DNA from: an uncultured Maribacter sp. | GTDB taxonomy: Bacteria > Bacteroidota > Bacteroidia > Flavobacteriales > Flavobacteriaceae | Assembly (NCBI RefSeq): GCF_963974015.1 | Contig: NZ_CAXBBZ010000007.1 | Coordinates: forward strand, 64,126 to 128,125 | Length of the DNA stretch: 64,000 nucleotides | Direction of reading: 5' to 3' | Shown here: positions 27,241 through 36,654 of the stretch, piece by piece | Layout: every line of letters starts with the position of its first letter | How positions within the stretch are numbered: position 1 is the stretch's first letter | Program-made: the position numbers and the translations under genes | The notes under the pieces: model-generated | Told to the model about the DNA's origin: nothing | The model's database searches: none | The model's input: only the letters and a program-made list of their open reading frames with translations

Positions 27241-28437
27241 TTAAACTTGAAGACCTTCTCTAATACCCTTCTCCAAACCTGTTAATTGCGCAAGACCCAT
27301 TGCTCTACCGATTAAGGAATAACCAGAATAAAACTCATTTTGGCGCCTATTATCATCTAATAAAACATGACCATGATCCGGTCTCATGGGAATACGAACA
27401 ATACCATTGCCGGTCTTTTTACGTATCTGTTGTTGCCTTATAATAGCATTCATCACTTTTTCAATTGGCACAGAGCCGTTAAGATGATCTGCTTCATAAA
27501 AACTACCATCTTCTTCTCGCATGACATTTCTTAAATGGATAAAGTGAATCTTTTCACCAAAATCATCGATTATCTTTACCAAATCATTATTTGCAGATGC
27601 ACCTAACGAGCCAGAGCAAAAAGTAAGTCCATTACTTGGCGATGGGCAACATTCTAATAAAAATTTAATTTCTTCGTAATTAGAAACAATTCTTGGTACG
27701 CCAAATACAGAAAATGGTGGGTCATCTGGATGAACAGCCATACGGACACCAATTTTTTCGGCTTCAGGAATAACGGCATTTAAAAAATAGGATAAATTAT
27801 CTTGAAGTTGTTTTTTAGAGATTTTTAAAACTGTAGCATGATTGGCTTTAAAATCTTCTAATGCGATTAGCTTTCTAGAGCCCGGCATTCCGCACAAAAT
27901 GGATTCTTCTAGTTTCTTTTTTTCCGTGTCAGTAAGTCCATCAAAGTAAGTTTTCGTTTCATCATATACTTCTTTAGTGTATGATTCTTTTGCGTTTTCC
28001 CGTTTCAATATGAACAAATCAAAAGCTGCCGCAGAAATGGGGCAATATCTTAAGGCCGATGCACCTGTTGGTAAAATAAAATCCAAATCGGTACGTGTCC
28101 AATCTATCAATTGCATAAAATTATAGCATACATCGTATATGCCGTTTTCAGCAAGATTTTTAAGCGTTTGAATGTAATTCGCAATATAGGTATCCCTTTC
28201 AGGTAGTCCGAATTTAATTGCTGTATGAATATTCACACTTTCAACTACCGCCCATTCCATACCTTGGGCCATAATTTCAGATTTTAATACAGCAATCGTT
28301 TCTTTTGGCCATACTTCGCCAATCGGAACTTTTTGACATGCAGCTACAATTCCCTCTACACCTAACTGTTTTATATTTGGTAAGGTTACTCCGAATTCAG
28401 GACCGAACCAGCGGAAGGTTTTCTTTAAATAATCCAT
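27241..28437 (-). CDS. uxuA: Mannonate dehydratase paralog (copy 2)
   Basis: [38 protein letters not shown]. Roughly 45 percent identical to copy 1 by eye. Confidence 0.85.
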   Translation of the reverse strand: MDYLKKTFRWFGPEFGVTLPNIKQLGVEGIVAACQKVPIGEVWPKETIAVLKSEIMAQGMEWAVVESVNIHTAIKFGLPERDTYIANYIQTLKNLAENGIYDVCYNFMQLIDWTRTDLDFILPTGASALRYCPISAAAFDLFILKRENAKESYTKEVYDETKTYFDGLTDTEKKKLEESILCGMPGSRKLIALEDFKANHATVLKISKKQLQDNLSYFLNAVIPEAEKIGVRMAVHPDDPPFSVFGVPRIVSNYEEIKFLLECCPSPSNGLTFCSGSLGASANNDLVKIIDDFGEKIHFIHLRNVMREEDGSFYEADHLNGSVPIEKVMNAIIRQQQIRKKTGNGIVRIPMRPDHGHVLLDDNRRQNEFYSGYSLIGRAMGLAQLTGLEKGIREGLQV

Positions 28438-28573
28438 ACTTTTTACTTACAAATAAATGATTCTAAAGGATGTTACCTTTATAAACACTCAATACAATCG
28501 ATTACAAAATAAAGTATTTATATACGATTCAAAAGCTATAAAACCGTATAGTTAATTCTATATGAAACATTGT

Positions 28574-29392
28574 CTATACACCTGAAAATGAGCTAAAACC
28601 GCCATCAACGTCGTAAACACTACCTGTAACAAAACTAGAAGCGTCACTTAACAAATAGTGTACCATACCATTAAGTTCTGAAGCATCACCAAAGCGCCCC
28701 ATTGGTGTATTTTTAATTATACTATTACCCCTTTCTGTATAAGTGCCATCTTCATTAGTTAGCAATCTTCTGTTTTGATTACCAATAAAAAATCCTGGCG
28801 CAATTGCATTCACTCTTATTTTATCTCCGTGTTTAGAGGCAAGCTCATTCGCCATCCATTTTGTGAAAATATCTATAGCACCTTTTGCCATTGAATAACC
28901 CAATACCCTAGAAATACTTTGCTTAGCGGCCATTGAAGAAATATTTATTATAGAACCATAACCCTGTTCTACCATTAATTGGCTCAATATCACTGTTGGA
29001 ATCACAGTACCGAATAAATTAATATCGACTACTTTTTGGGTATCTCCCATTGCTATATCTTGAATTGTCTGATCAGGTTTCAATGTTGCTCCTGGTATGT
29101 TACCTCCAGCAAGGTTTACGAGTCCGTCTAAATGTTTAAATTCCTCTTTTATTTCTTTCCTTAATATAGTAAGTTGCCCCTCATTCATAACATCTACCTT
29201 GAAAATATGGGTGCTGTTGGTTACTATGGCATTCAATTCATCTTGCTTAGCCTTTAACTTGTCTTCTGACCTACCAAGTAATAATACGTTTGCCCCATTT
29301 CTAACAAGGTATTCAGCGATTGAACCTCCAAGAGTACCAGTACCTCCAGAAAGTGCGTAATTCCTATTTTTTAAAGATAATAACTCGTTCAT
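28574..29392 (-). CDS. uxuB: Short-chain dehydrogenase, probable SDR-type D-mannonate oxidoreductase (fructuronate reductase)
   Basis: LSGGTGTLGGSIA Rossmann motif and YSMAKGA catalytic motif. 272 aa. Lies upstream of uxuA copy 2 on the same strand. Confidence 0.7.
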   Translation of the reverse strand: MNELLSLKNRNYALSGGTGTLGGSIAEYLVRNGANVLLLGRSEDKLKAKQDELNAIVTNSTHIFKVDVMNEGQLTILRKEIKEEFKHLDGLVNLAGGNIPGATLKPDQTIQDIAMGDTQKVVDINLFGTVIPTVILSQLMVEQGYGSIINISSMAAKQSISRVLGYSMAKGAIDIFTKWMANELASKHGDKIRVNAIAPGFFIGNQNRRLLTNEDGTYTERGNSIIKNTPMGRFGDASELNGMVHYLLSDASSFVTGSVYDVDGGFSSFSGV

Positions 29393-29776
29393 ATATTTAT
29401 TTTACTTTTATTCTAAAGAATTTAATTCATAATTTATTAATGCCAATAATGTAGACTGCTAAAACACCTCTAATACCTTATCTACAAAATGAAATTCTAT
29501 AGTTTTCTAAGGATAAAACACGTAACTTATTTACTATTTACCTATGCTACGCCAAGTTAAGGGATTTCTTAAAATGAAGTCGTGAATTATAGACTTTATA
29601 AAAATTGGATGCCCTATTTATTACCTGAATTCAATTATTACAATCATTGAACGATTGCTTTTTTACCCAATAAAATTATTAGTATCATAAAAGTAATGCC
29701 CATTCTAGTATTTTCTAATATAGAATAGTTTATTTCCTCTCTACACCTGTAACTTTGCCAACTATTTCTATAGACC

Positions 29777-30607
29777 GTGAAGAAAGCATTACTCTTTATG
29801 ATTATAAGTACGTTTTCATTTAGTTTAATGAATTCGTTTGTAAAATACCTCAGTCATTATCCGACCTTTGAAATTGTTTTTTTCAGAACAGCTGGCTCAT
29901 TACTATTAGGAACTACCTATATTTTAATTAAAGGAATTCCCATCTTAGGTAATAGTAGAAGATTAATGATTTTTAGAGCTTTAGCAGGTATAACAGCTAT
30001 GAGTCTCTTTTTTATGTCGTTGCAATATTTACCTGTAGGTACAGCAGTTTCCCTAAGATATCTGGCACCAATATATGCCGCAGTTTTTTCTATTTTTTTA
30101 CTAAACGAGAAACTAAAAACTATTCAATGGTTTCTTTTTTTATTAGCATTTAGTGGAGTACTAATTTTAAAAGGATTTGACCAAGAGCTCAATACAACAG
30201 GCTTGTTGCTAGTTCTAGTTGCTTCGGTTTTTAGTGGACTGGTTTATGTTCTTATCCGTAAAATTGGTAATAGGGACCATCCATTAGTAATTGTAAATTA
30301 CTTCATGTTTATCGGCACAGTGATTGGCGGTATATTAAGTATAAATGGCTGGATACAACCAAAAGAAAATGATTGGTTATTACTATTAAGCCTCGGTATT
30401 TTCGGATTCTTCGGACAAGTATTCATGACCAAAGCTTTTCAAATAGCTAAGACCAATTTAGTTGCTCCACTTAAATATATAGAAGTAATATTTACGATTT
30501 TGATAGGGGTTACTTGGTTCGATGATATATATTCCATTTGGAGCCTAATGGGAATTCTAATGATTATCGCCGCCTTGGTAGCCAATGTGATAATTGGTAA
30601 ACGATGA
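29777..30607 (+). CDS. EamA/DMT-family 10-TM transporter
   Basis: Two EamA-like halves, highly hydrophobic, GTG start at 29777. Substrate unknown. Confidence 0.75.
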   Translation: MKKALLFMIISTFSFSLMNSFVKYLSHYPTFEIVFFRTAGSLLLGTTYILIKGIPILGNSRRLMIFRALAGITAMSLFFMSLQYLPVGTAVSLRYLAPIYAAVFSIFLLNEKLKTIQWFLFLLAFSGVLILKGFDQELNTTGLLLVLVASVFSGLVYVLIRKIGNRDHPLVIVNYFMFIGTVIGGILSINGWIQPKENDWLLLLSLGIFGFFGQVFMTKAFQIAKTNLVAPLKYIEVIFTILIGVTWFDDIYSIWSLMGILMIIAALVANVIIGKR

Positions 30608-30625
30608 ATAAATCTGTTATATATC

Positions 30626-30662
30626 AAAATAAAAAAGCCACCGAATACAAAGTTACGGTAGC
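30626..30662 (-). terminator. Rho-independent terminator for the small minus-strand ORF
   Basis: Minus-strand RNA reads GCUACCG, a 12-nt loop, CGGUGGC (one G-U pair), then UUUUUAUUUU. Confidence 0.55.
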
Positions 30663-30687
30663 ATAAAGTTATGGTCAGAAATTTCTA

Positions 30688-30879
30688 TTATTTTCGAGCA
30701 GATTCCTGCTCAGCTAAACTATTATTAACATCATTTAATGAGTTTACTATTACAGTTGTTACCTCATCTTGTATCTCCTCAGAATAGTTTAAATAATAAA
30801 TAGCAGACAACATTAGTGTTAATGCTAACACTAGATTCACAATAATTTTAGAATCGAAGAAATTATCTATTTTGTCCAT
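30688..30879 (-). CDS. Small single-TM hypothetical protein (63 aa)
   Basis: ORF with one hydrophobic helix (IIVNLVLALTLMLSAIYYL) and an acidic tail. It has its own downstream terminator. Confidence 0.45.
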   Translation of the reverse strand: MDKIDNFFDSKIIVNLVLALTLMLSAIYYLNYSEEIQDEVTTVIVNSLNDVNNSLAEQESARK

Positions 30880-31135
30880 ATCAGTAAGTGTCTGGTTTAC
30901 AGTAGTAATATAAATTGAAAAAAATTAATTAACAAATTTTTAAGAAAAAAATTAAAATAATTTTTTTCCTAAAAACAGTTGCTACTTTAAAGAAAGATAA
31001 AATATCAACTTTTATTTAACTGATTTACAAAACGTTAGAATGCAAATACATTAAAATTCACATCAAAAAAGATACATTAGATAATTTATCATTTCTAATT
31101 TTACAGTGACAGTTGAATCAAAAAAAATAAAACAT

Positions 31136-31672
31136 ATGAAAATCTTAAAATCTATTACGTTAACTACACTGCTATTTTTAGCCATTGGTCTAAATGCACA
31201 AAATAAGAAAGACCAAAAAATAATAAAAGATGCAAATAAAGCTAAAGACAAGCTAATGAAAATGGAAGTGGGCCTAGACCTCTTTTTTAAGAATTCAGCC
31301 GGATACGTCGTATTCCCTAATATTGGCAAAGGCGGATTCATTATTGGTGGCGCTTCTGGAAATGGAGTAGTTTATGAAAACGGAACTATGATAGGAATGG
31401 CCAATTTAAAGAAATTAAGTATAGGTCTACAAGCAGGTGGTCAAGCAATTACTGAAATTATATTCTTTGAAACAGAAACCGACTTAGCAGAATTTAAAGA
31501 AGGTGATTTTGAATTTTCAGCTGAAGCTTCTGCAGTTGCTTTAAAATCTGGTATTGCAGTAAATGCCAAGTATAGAGATGGCGTTGCAGTTTTTGCACTA
31601 CCAAAAGCAGGGCTAATGGCAGATGCATCAGTTGGGGGTCAAAAATTCGATTATAAGCCAATGATGAATTAA
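31136..31672 (+). CDS. Secreted SYLF (Ysc84/DUF500-like) domain protein
   Basis: Signal peptide MKILKSITLTTLLFLAIGLNAQ. GGFIIGGASGNGVVY...LSIGLQAGGQ...FSAEASAVALKSG glycine-rich repeats typical of the SYLF domain. The track start GTG at 31106 is replaced by the ATG at 31136. Confidence 0.65.
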   Translation: MKILKSITLTTLLFLAIGLNAQNKKDQKIIKDANKAKDKLMKMEVGLDLFFKNSAGYVVFPNIGKGGFIIGGASGNGVVYENGTMIGMANLKKLSIGLQAGGQAITEIIFFETETDLAEFKEGDFEFSAEASAVALKSGIAVNAKYRDGVAVFALPKAGLMADASVGGQKFDYKPMMN

Positions 31673-31689
31673 TCCATTTAGAAAGAAAT

Positions 31690-31724
31690 AAGAGAGCCGC
31701 CTAATTGGCGGCTCTCTTATTTAT
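31690..31724. terminator. Bidirectional Rho-independent terminator between convergent genes
   Basis: Perfect 12-bp stem AAGAGAGCCGCC / GGCGGCTCTCTT with a 5-nt loop, flanked by A-rich sequence upstream and T-rich sequence downstream. Confidence 0.8.
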
Positions 31725-31728
31725 AATA

Positions 31729-32215
31729 TTATCCATTTTTGGTAAAACCAGAGTAACAGGTCATTCCACCATCAACAAATATGGTCGTTCTATTTATATA
31801 TTCATCTGATGCCAACCAACTGGCTACACTACCAATATCATCAGAAATTCCAATTTGTTTGTATGGAATTAATTTCAACATACTTTCCCTATCCTCTTTA
31901 GTACTCCAAACATCTTTATAATATCTGTTTTTATAGCACTCGGTGATATTGAGTACAACGTATTTATCTGGACCGTATTCTTGACAAATAGCTTGCATCA
32001 ACATTACCAAACCTCCTTTAGATGTGGCATAGTTTGCATGGCCTGCCCATGGAATTACTTCATGTACAAATCTCATGTGAATTATCTTTCCCAAAAGATT
32101 TTGAAATCTCTTCTTACAATCCCTTCTTTTAAATTATAGAATTGCTTTTTTTAGCACAAAAAATCTGCCCAGTTAAATAATCATCTATAACCCGTTGTAA
32201 ATCCTTCAATGGCAT
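31729..32215 (-). pseudogene. Remnant of a glucose-1-dehydrogenase-like SDR gene (N-terminal Rossmann part missing, plus a frameshift and a stop)
   Basis: The track ORF (TTG start) encodes only the C-terminal part: VHEVIPWAGHANYATSKGG...ASDEYINRTTIFVDGGMT. Upstream, in another frame, MPLKDLQRVIDDYLTGQIFCAKK continues the SDR homology. A T7/A7 run at about 32146..32152 and a TAA at 32134..32136 break the frame. There is no TGxxxGxG region before the neighbouring gene. Confidence 0.7.
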
Positions 32216-32232
32216 TTCGTGTAATATATAAA

Positions 32233-32275
32233 TGAAAAAGTTGATAATGCTCTCAAATTCTGAGAACACTATCAA
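32233..32275 (-). terminator. Rho-independent terminator ending the arabinose catabolic operon
   Basis: Minus-strand RNA forms a 15-bp stem (UUGAUAGUGUUCUCA / UGAGAGCAUUAUCAA, two G-U pairs that exist only on this strand) with a 5-nt loop, followed by CUUUUUCAUUU. Confidence 0.7.
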
Positions 32276-32300
32276 CAATTAATTCCCATTAAAAGTGATA

Positions 32301-33920
32301 CTATTTACCGTTAAAAAATATCATAATACCTATAACAATAAATATAATTATAATGGAAACCGTTACATCGACCCAATTATAACTACTCTTGTTTTTATTC
32401 TTTTCTTCTTCGGTTATGGTGCCAAAGGTTAGGTTAACAATCTGCTCCTTATCCGGTGCTTTTGTCAATAAACTAACTACTACCATGAAAATCAAGCAGA
32501 ACAAGAAAAACCATGCGCCAAAGGTCAAGAAATTCATGTCTCCTAAATAATATAGCATACTATCGGCATCTAAATTATGTTTTACCAACTCTAAGGTTAT
32601 TCTTAAAAAAGCAACTATAATACCCATTACCAAAGTATAAAAGGCCCCTGTTGAATTTATTCGCTTATAAAAAATACCTAAAAGAAAAACAGCTGTAATT
32701 GGTGGGGCTATATATGATTGTACACTTTGTAAATACTCATATAACACTCCAGATATATTTGCCATAATCGGAATCCAAATAATACCGATAATAACAACGA
32801 AAACAGTTGCTATTTGTCCCGTTCTCACTAATTTTTTCTCTGGTGCATTAGGTCTCAATTTTTTATATACATCTACCGTAAACAATGTAGAACATGAATT
32901 AAAAACCGATGCCAAAGAACTCATTAATGCTGCCAATAACCCAGCCGCTACAAGCCCTCGCAAACCAGAAGGCAATAAATTACTCATCAAAACCGGAAAA
33001 GCTTCATCAGCACTCTCCCACTCCAATTCACCCCGCATCTTTAACGTCAATGCTATAACCCCAGGGATTAAAAATAAAAAGACTGGTAAAAGCTTTAATA
33101 AGGCCCCAAAAATAGTACCCCGTCTACCCTCCTTAATGTTTCTTGCAGTTAAGGTTCTTTGCACAATGTATTGATCCGTACACCAATACCAGATACCTAC
33201 TATGGTACTAGTGATGAAAAGCGATGGCCAAGGAAAATCTGGATCTGTTGCCGGTCTCCACATATTAAAATATTCAGGTCCTAGGGTATCTACCATACTT
33301 CCCCATCCCCCAACTTTATCTAATCCGATAAATGTCAAAACGGCGGCACCGATAACCAATAAAATTGCCTGTAAGGTTTCAGTATAAACCACTGCACGCA
33401 TTCCGCCTAAAACCGTATAAATCCCTGTTAAGACAACCGTTGCAATGGCACCCGTCCAAAAATCAATACCCAATAAGGCAGAAACTACAACACCTCCAGC
33501 ATATATGGTCACAGAAATTTTAGTAAGTACATACGCAACTATGGAAAAAATGGATAATACCCATCTTGATCTAGCATCAAAACGTTTCTCTAAAAATTCT
33601 GGCATTGTAAACACCCCACTTCGAGCGTAAAAGGGAAGAAATACCCAGCCCAACATCAAAACTACCCAAGCATGTATTTCATAAATAAGCAAGGGAAGTT
33701 TATTACTGGCACCCGTACCTGCTAAACCAACTACATGCTCAGAACCAATGTTCGATGCAAATATCGAAGCACCCACCACAAACCAACCTACATTTCTACC
33801 TGCTAAAAAATAATCTTCTGTATTGTCTTCTTTCTTTCGAATAACCCAAACGGCTATTCCGACCAGTAATAAAAAATAAAGTGAAATACTGATCCAGTCT
33901 AAATTGTCTAATTGTTGCAT
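32301..33920 (-). CDS. Sodium:solute symporter (SSS/SGLT family), probable L-arabinose/monosaccharide importer
   Basis: 539 aa, about 14 TM segments. The N-terminal YFLAGRNVGWFVVGASIFASNIGSEH motif is typical of SGLT-like transporters. Confidence 0.8.
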   Translation of the reverse strand: MQQLDNLDWISISLYFLLLVGIAVWVIRKKEDNTEDYFLAGRNVGWFVVGASIFASNIGSEHVVGLAGTGASNKLPLLIYEIHAWVVLMLGWVFLPFYARSGVFTMPEFLEKRFDARSRWVLSIFSIVAYVLTKISVTIYAGGVVVSALLGIDFWTGAIATVVLTGIYTVLGGMRAVVYTETLQAILLVIGAAVLTFIGLDKVGGWGSMVDTLGPEYFNMWRPATDPDFPWPSLFITSTIVGIWYWCTDQYIVQRTLTARNIKEGRRGTIFGALLKLLPVFLFLIPGVIALTLKMRGELEWESADEAFPVLMSNLLPSGLRGLVAAGLLAALMSSLASVFNSCSTLFTVDVYKKLRPNAPEKKLVRTGQIATVFVVIIGIIWIPIMANISGVLYEYLQSVQSYIAPPITAVFLLGIFYKRINSTGAFYTLVMGIIVAFLRITLELVKHNLDADSMLYYLGDMNFLTFGAWFFLFCLIFMVVVSLLTKAPDKEQIVNLTFGTITEEEKNKNKSSYNWVDVTVSIIIIFIVIGIMIFFNGK

Positions 33921-33929
33921 GCTAATGGT

Positions 33930-35114
33930 TTATTTGGTAGAAAACTTAAAGGTAGTTTTGGTTGAATATTTATCTCCCGGTTCTAAAGTAACAGAAGGAA
34001 ATTTTGGTTGATTTGGAGAATCTGGATAGTGTTGTGTTTCTAAACAAAAGCCGCTTCTCTTTACGTATGTTCCTCCGTTTGGTGAAGGTAACGTTCCATC
34101 TAAAAAATTACCAGTGTAAAATTGTATGCCAGGTTCATCGGTTAAAACCTCTAAGGTACGGCCAGACTCTGGGTGAAATGCTTTAGCTACTGAACGATAA
34201 CCCGATTCATAGTCGTTCAACACCCAACAGTGGTCAAATCCACCTCCTAGTTCTATTTGTTCATTTTCTGCATTTATGTCTTGGCTTATTAGTTTTGCCT
34301 TTCTAAAATCGAAAGGTGTACCTTCTACAGTTGCTAAATCTCCTGTCGGTATTAACCCACTATCCACAGGAATATATGTTTCAGCATTAATTTCTACTTC
34401 ATGATCTAGAATCGTTTGTGAAAAATCACCAGAAAGATTAAAGTATGAATGCTGGGTAAGGTTAACGACAGTAGTTTTATCTGTAGTAGCTTCGTACAAG
34501 ACGTCTAAACTATTATCAGGATTTAATGTATAAGTTACCATAGTAGTTAAGTTACCCGGAAAACCTTCTTCCATATCCTTACTTAAATAACTAAGCTTTA
34601 AAACCCCCTTATCACCCTCATTTACCTCTAATACCTTCCAAACAACCTTATCAAAACCCTTTACTCCTCCGTGTAAACTATTTTCACCATTATTCTTGGC
34701 TAATGTGTAATCGGTATTATTTAAGCTGAATTTTCCTTTTGCTATTCGGTTACCATAACGACCTACCAATGCTCCAAAAAAAGGATTTTCTTTTTCATAT
34801 TGTTCTAAATTCTCAAAACCTAAAACAACATTCTCTAAGTTTCCTTTTTTATCTAAAGATTTTATAGAAGTAATACGGCCACCATAAGTTATGATATCAA
34901 CCTCAAATCCACTTTTATTTTTAAGGGAAAATAATTCAACTGTCTCACCACTTTTCGCTACCCCGTAATCACTCCTTTCAACTTTGATTGTCTTAGCCAC
35001 TTCTTTTGACATTTCTTGGTTGCCTTCTTTCATAGTTTTTTCCTTACAGTTAACGTTAAGTATCAATGTACCTAACAACACAAATAAATAACAGATTTTG
35101 GTGAATGGTTTCAT
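33930..35114 (-). CDS. galM: Aldose 1-epimerase (mutarotase) with a lipoprotein-type signal peptide
   Basis: NSLHGG, LTQHSYFNL, GFCLETQHYPDSPN motifs. N-terminus MKPFTKICYLFVLLGTLILNVNCKEK. Confidence 0.85.
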   Translation of the reverse strand: MKPFTKICYLFVLLGTLILNVNCKEKTMKEGNQEMSKEVAKTIKVERSDYGVAKSGETVELFSLKNKSGFEVDIITYGGRITSIKSLDKKGNLENVVLGFENLEQYEKENPFFGALVGRYGNRIAKGKFSLNNTDYTLAKNNGENSLHGGVKGFDKVVWKVLEVNEGDKGVLKLSYLSKDMEEGFPGNLTTMVTYTLNPDNSLDVLYEATTDKTTVVNLTQHSYFNLSGDFSQTILDHEVEINAETYIPVDSGLIPTGDLATVEGTPFDFRKAKLISQDINAENEQIELGGGFDHCWVLNDYESGYRSVAKAFHPESGRTLEVLTDEPGIQFYTGNFLDGTLPSPNGGTYVKRSGFCLETQHYPDSPNQPKFPSVTLEPGDKYSTKTTFKFSTK

Positions 35115-35126
35115 ATTTTAAAATTA

Positions 35127-36638
35127 TTACAAATTATTTTTGAATAGATGAAAATAAGCCTCATTGGCATTTAATTGATTTTTAAATTCCCGAATCGTTG
35201 TATTCTTATCGATTACTACCAATTCAATACCTGCCATTTCTGCAAAATCTTCCATAAATTCAGTAGTCAACGCTTGAGAATAAACAGTATGATGAGATCC
35301 CCCAGCCAATATCCAAGTAGTAGCTGCAATCTCTAAATCGGGTTTCGCATCCCAAAGTACTCTTGCTACTGGCAAATTAGGCAATTTACCCATCGGTTCT
35401 ACAGCCTCCACTTCATTGACCACCAACCTAAAACGATTACCTAAATCTACTAGTGACACATTAATTGCAGGTCCTGCAGGTGAATTAAAAACCAAACGTA
35501 CCGGGTCTTCTTTACCTCCTATGCCTAACGGATGTACTTCACACGATGGTTTTGCATCTGCAATGGATGGACAAATCTCTAACATATGAGACCCCATAAC
35601 ATACGCCTTTTCAGGAGTAAAATGGTAGGTGTAATCTTCCATAAAAGAAGTTCCACCATTCAACCCTTTAGCCATAACTTTTAAAGCACGTAACAAAGCA
35701 GATGTTTTCCAATCTCCTTCGCCACCAAAGCCATAACCATCGGCCATTAATCGCTGTGTAGCAATACCGGGTAATTGTTTCAACTCTCCTAAGTTTTCAA
35801 ATGTATCGGTAAAGGCTTTAAAACCGCCTTCATCTAAAAATGCCCTTAGCCCTAATTCTATTTTTGCTGCATCAATAAGTGATTCTCTTTTTTCTCCACC
35901 ACTTTTTAGCTTTTCACTTAACACATAACTATCCTCGTATTCTTTAACCAAAGCATCTACTTGCTTTTGGGTTAACTTATTTATATGTTTTACCACATCA
36001 GATGAGTCATAACCATTTACAGAAAAACCAAATCGTAGTTGCGCTTCTACCTTATCACCATCTGTAACCGAAACCTCTCTCATGTTATCGCCAATTCGTG
36101 CAACGGTAAGATTCTGAAATTCATCCCACCCTAAAGCAACACGCGCCCAGTTTCCTAATTTTTGTTGAACCCTTTCTGTCTGCCAATGTCCGACAATAAT
36201 TTTTCTATTTTTACGCATACGAGTCATCATATGACCAAATTCTCGATCCCCGTGTGCTGATTGATTAAGATTCATAAAATCCATATCAATGGTTTCCCAT
36301 GGTAATTCGGCATTGTATTGCGTATGTAAATGACATAAGGGTTTATTTAAAACACTCAAACCTTTAATCCACATTTTAGCAGGAGAAAACGTATGCATCC
36401 ACGTAATTACCCCAATACAGTTTTTGCTTGAACTTGCTTCTAGGCAGATATCTGTAATTTCGTTTGGAGTTTTAACCGTAGGTTTATAAACTATACTAAC
36501 AGGAATTTCTTTTGAGAAGTTAAACCCATTTACAATGTCTTGAGAATTTTCTGCTACTTGTTTAAGAGTATCAGGTCCATATAAATGCTGGCTGCCAGTA
36601 ACAAACCATATTTCCTTTTCCGCCATATTTGTAATCAT
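35127..36638 (-). CDS. araA: L-arabinose isomerase
   Basis: Colinear with E. coli AraA throughout: [69 protein letters not shown]. Confidence 0.97.
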   Translation of the reverse strand: MITNMAEKEIWFVTGSQHLYGPDTLKQVAENSQDIVNGFNFSKEIPVSIVYKPTVKTPNEITDICLEASSSKNCIGVITWMHTFSPAKMWIKGLSVLNKPLCHLHTQYNAELPWETIDMDFMNLNQSAHGDREFGHMMTRMRKNRKIIVGHWQTERVQQKLGNWARVALGWDEFQNLTVARIGDNMREVSVTDGDKVEAQLRFGFSVNGYDSSDVVKHINKLTQKQVDALVKEYEDSYVLSEKLKSGGEKRESLIDAAKIELGLRAFLDEGGFKAFTDTFENLGELKQLPGIATQRLMADGYGFGGEGDWKTSALLRALKVMAKGLNGGTSFMEDYTYHFTPEKAYVMGSHMLEICPSIADAKPSCEVHPLGIGGKEDPVRLVFNSPAGPAINVSLVDLGNRFRLVVNEVEAVEPMGKLPNLPVARVLWDAKPDLEIAATTWILAGGSHHTVYSQALTTEFMEDFAEMAGIELVVIDKNTTIREFKNQLNANEAYFHLFKNNL

Positions 36639-36654
36639 AAATTTATTCTAATTA

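Noticed and set aside
29640-29672. Short hairpin CAATC-ATTGAAC-GATTG followed by CTTTTTT in the uxuB/EamA intergenic region
   Set aside because: The stem is only 5 bp and no upstream plus-strand gene ends there. The evidence is too weak to call an orphan terminator or sRNA 3' end.
31063-31341. 92-aa minus-strand ORF overlapping the start of the SYLF-domain gene
   Set aside because: It overlaps the signal-peptide region of a better-supported plus-strand gene and extends into an AT-rich promoter region. It has no terminator or motif support.
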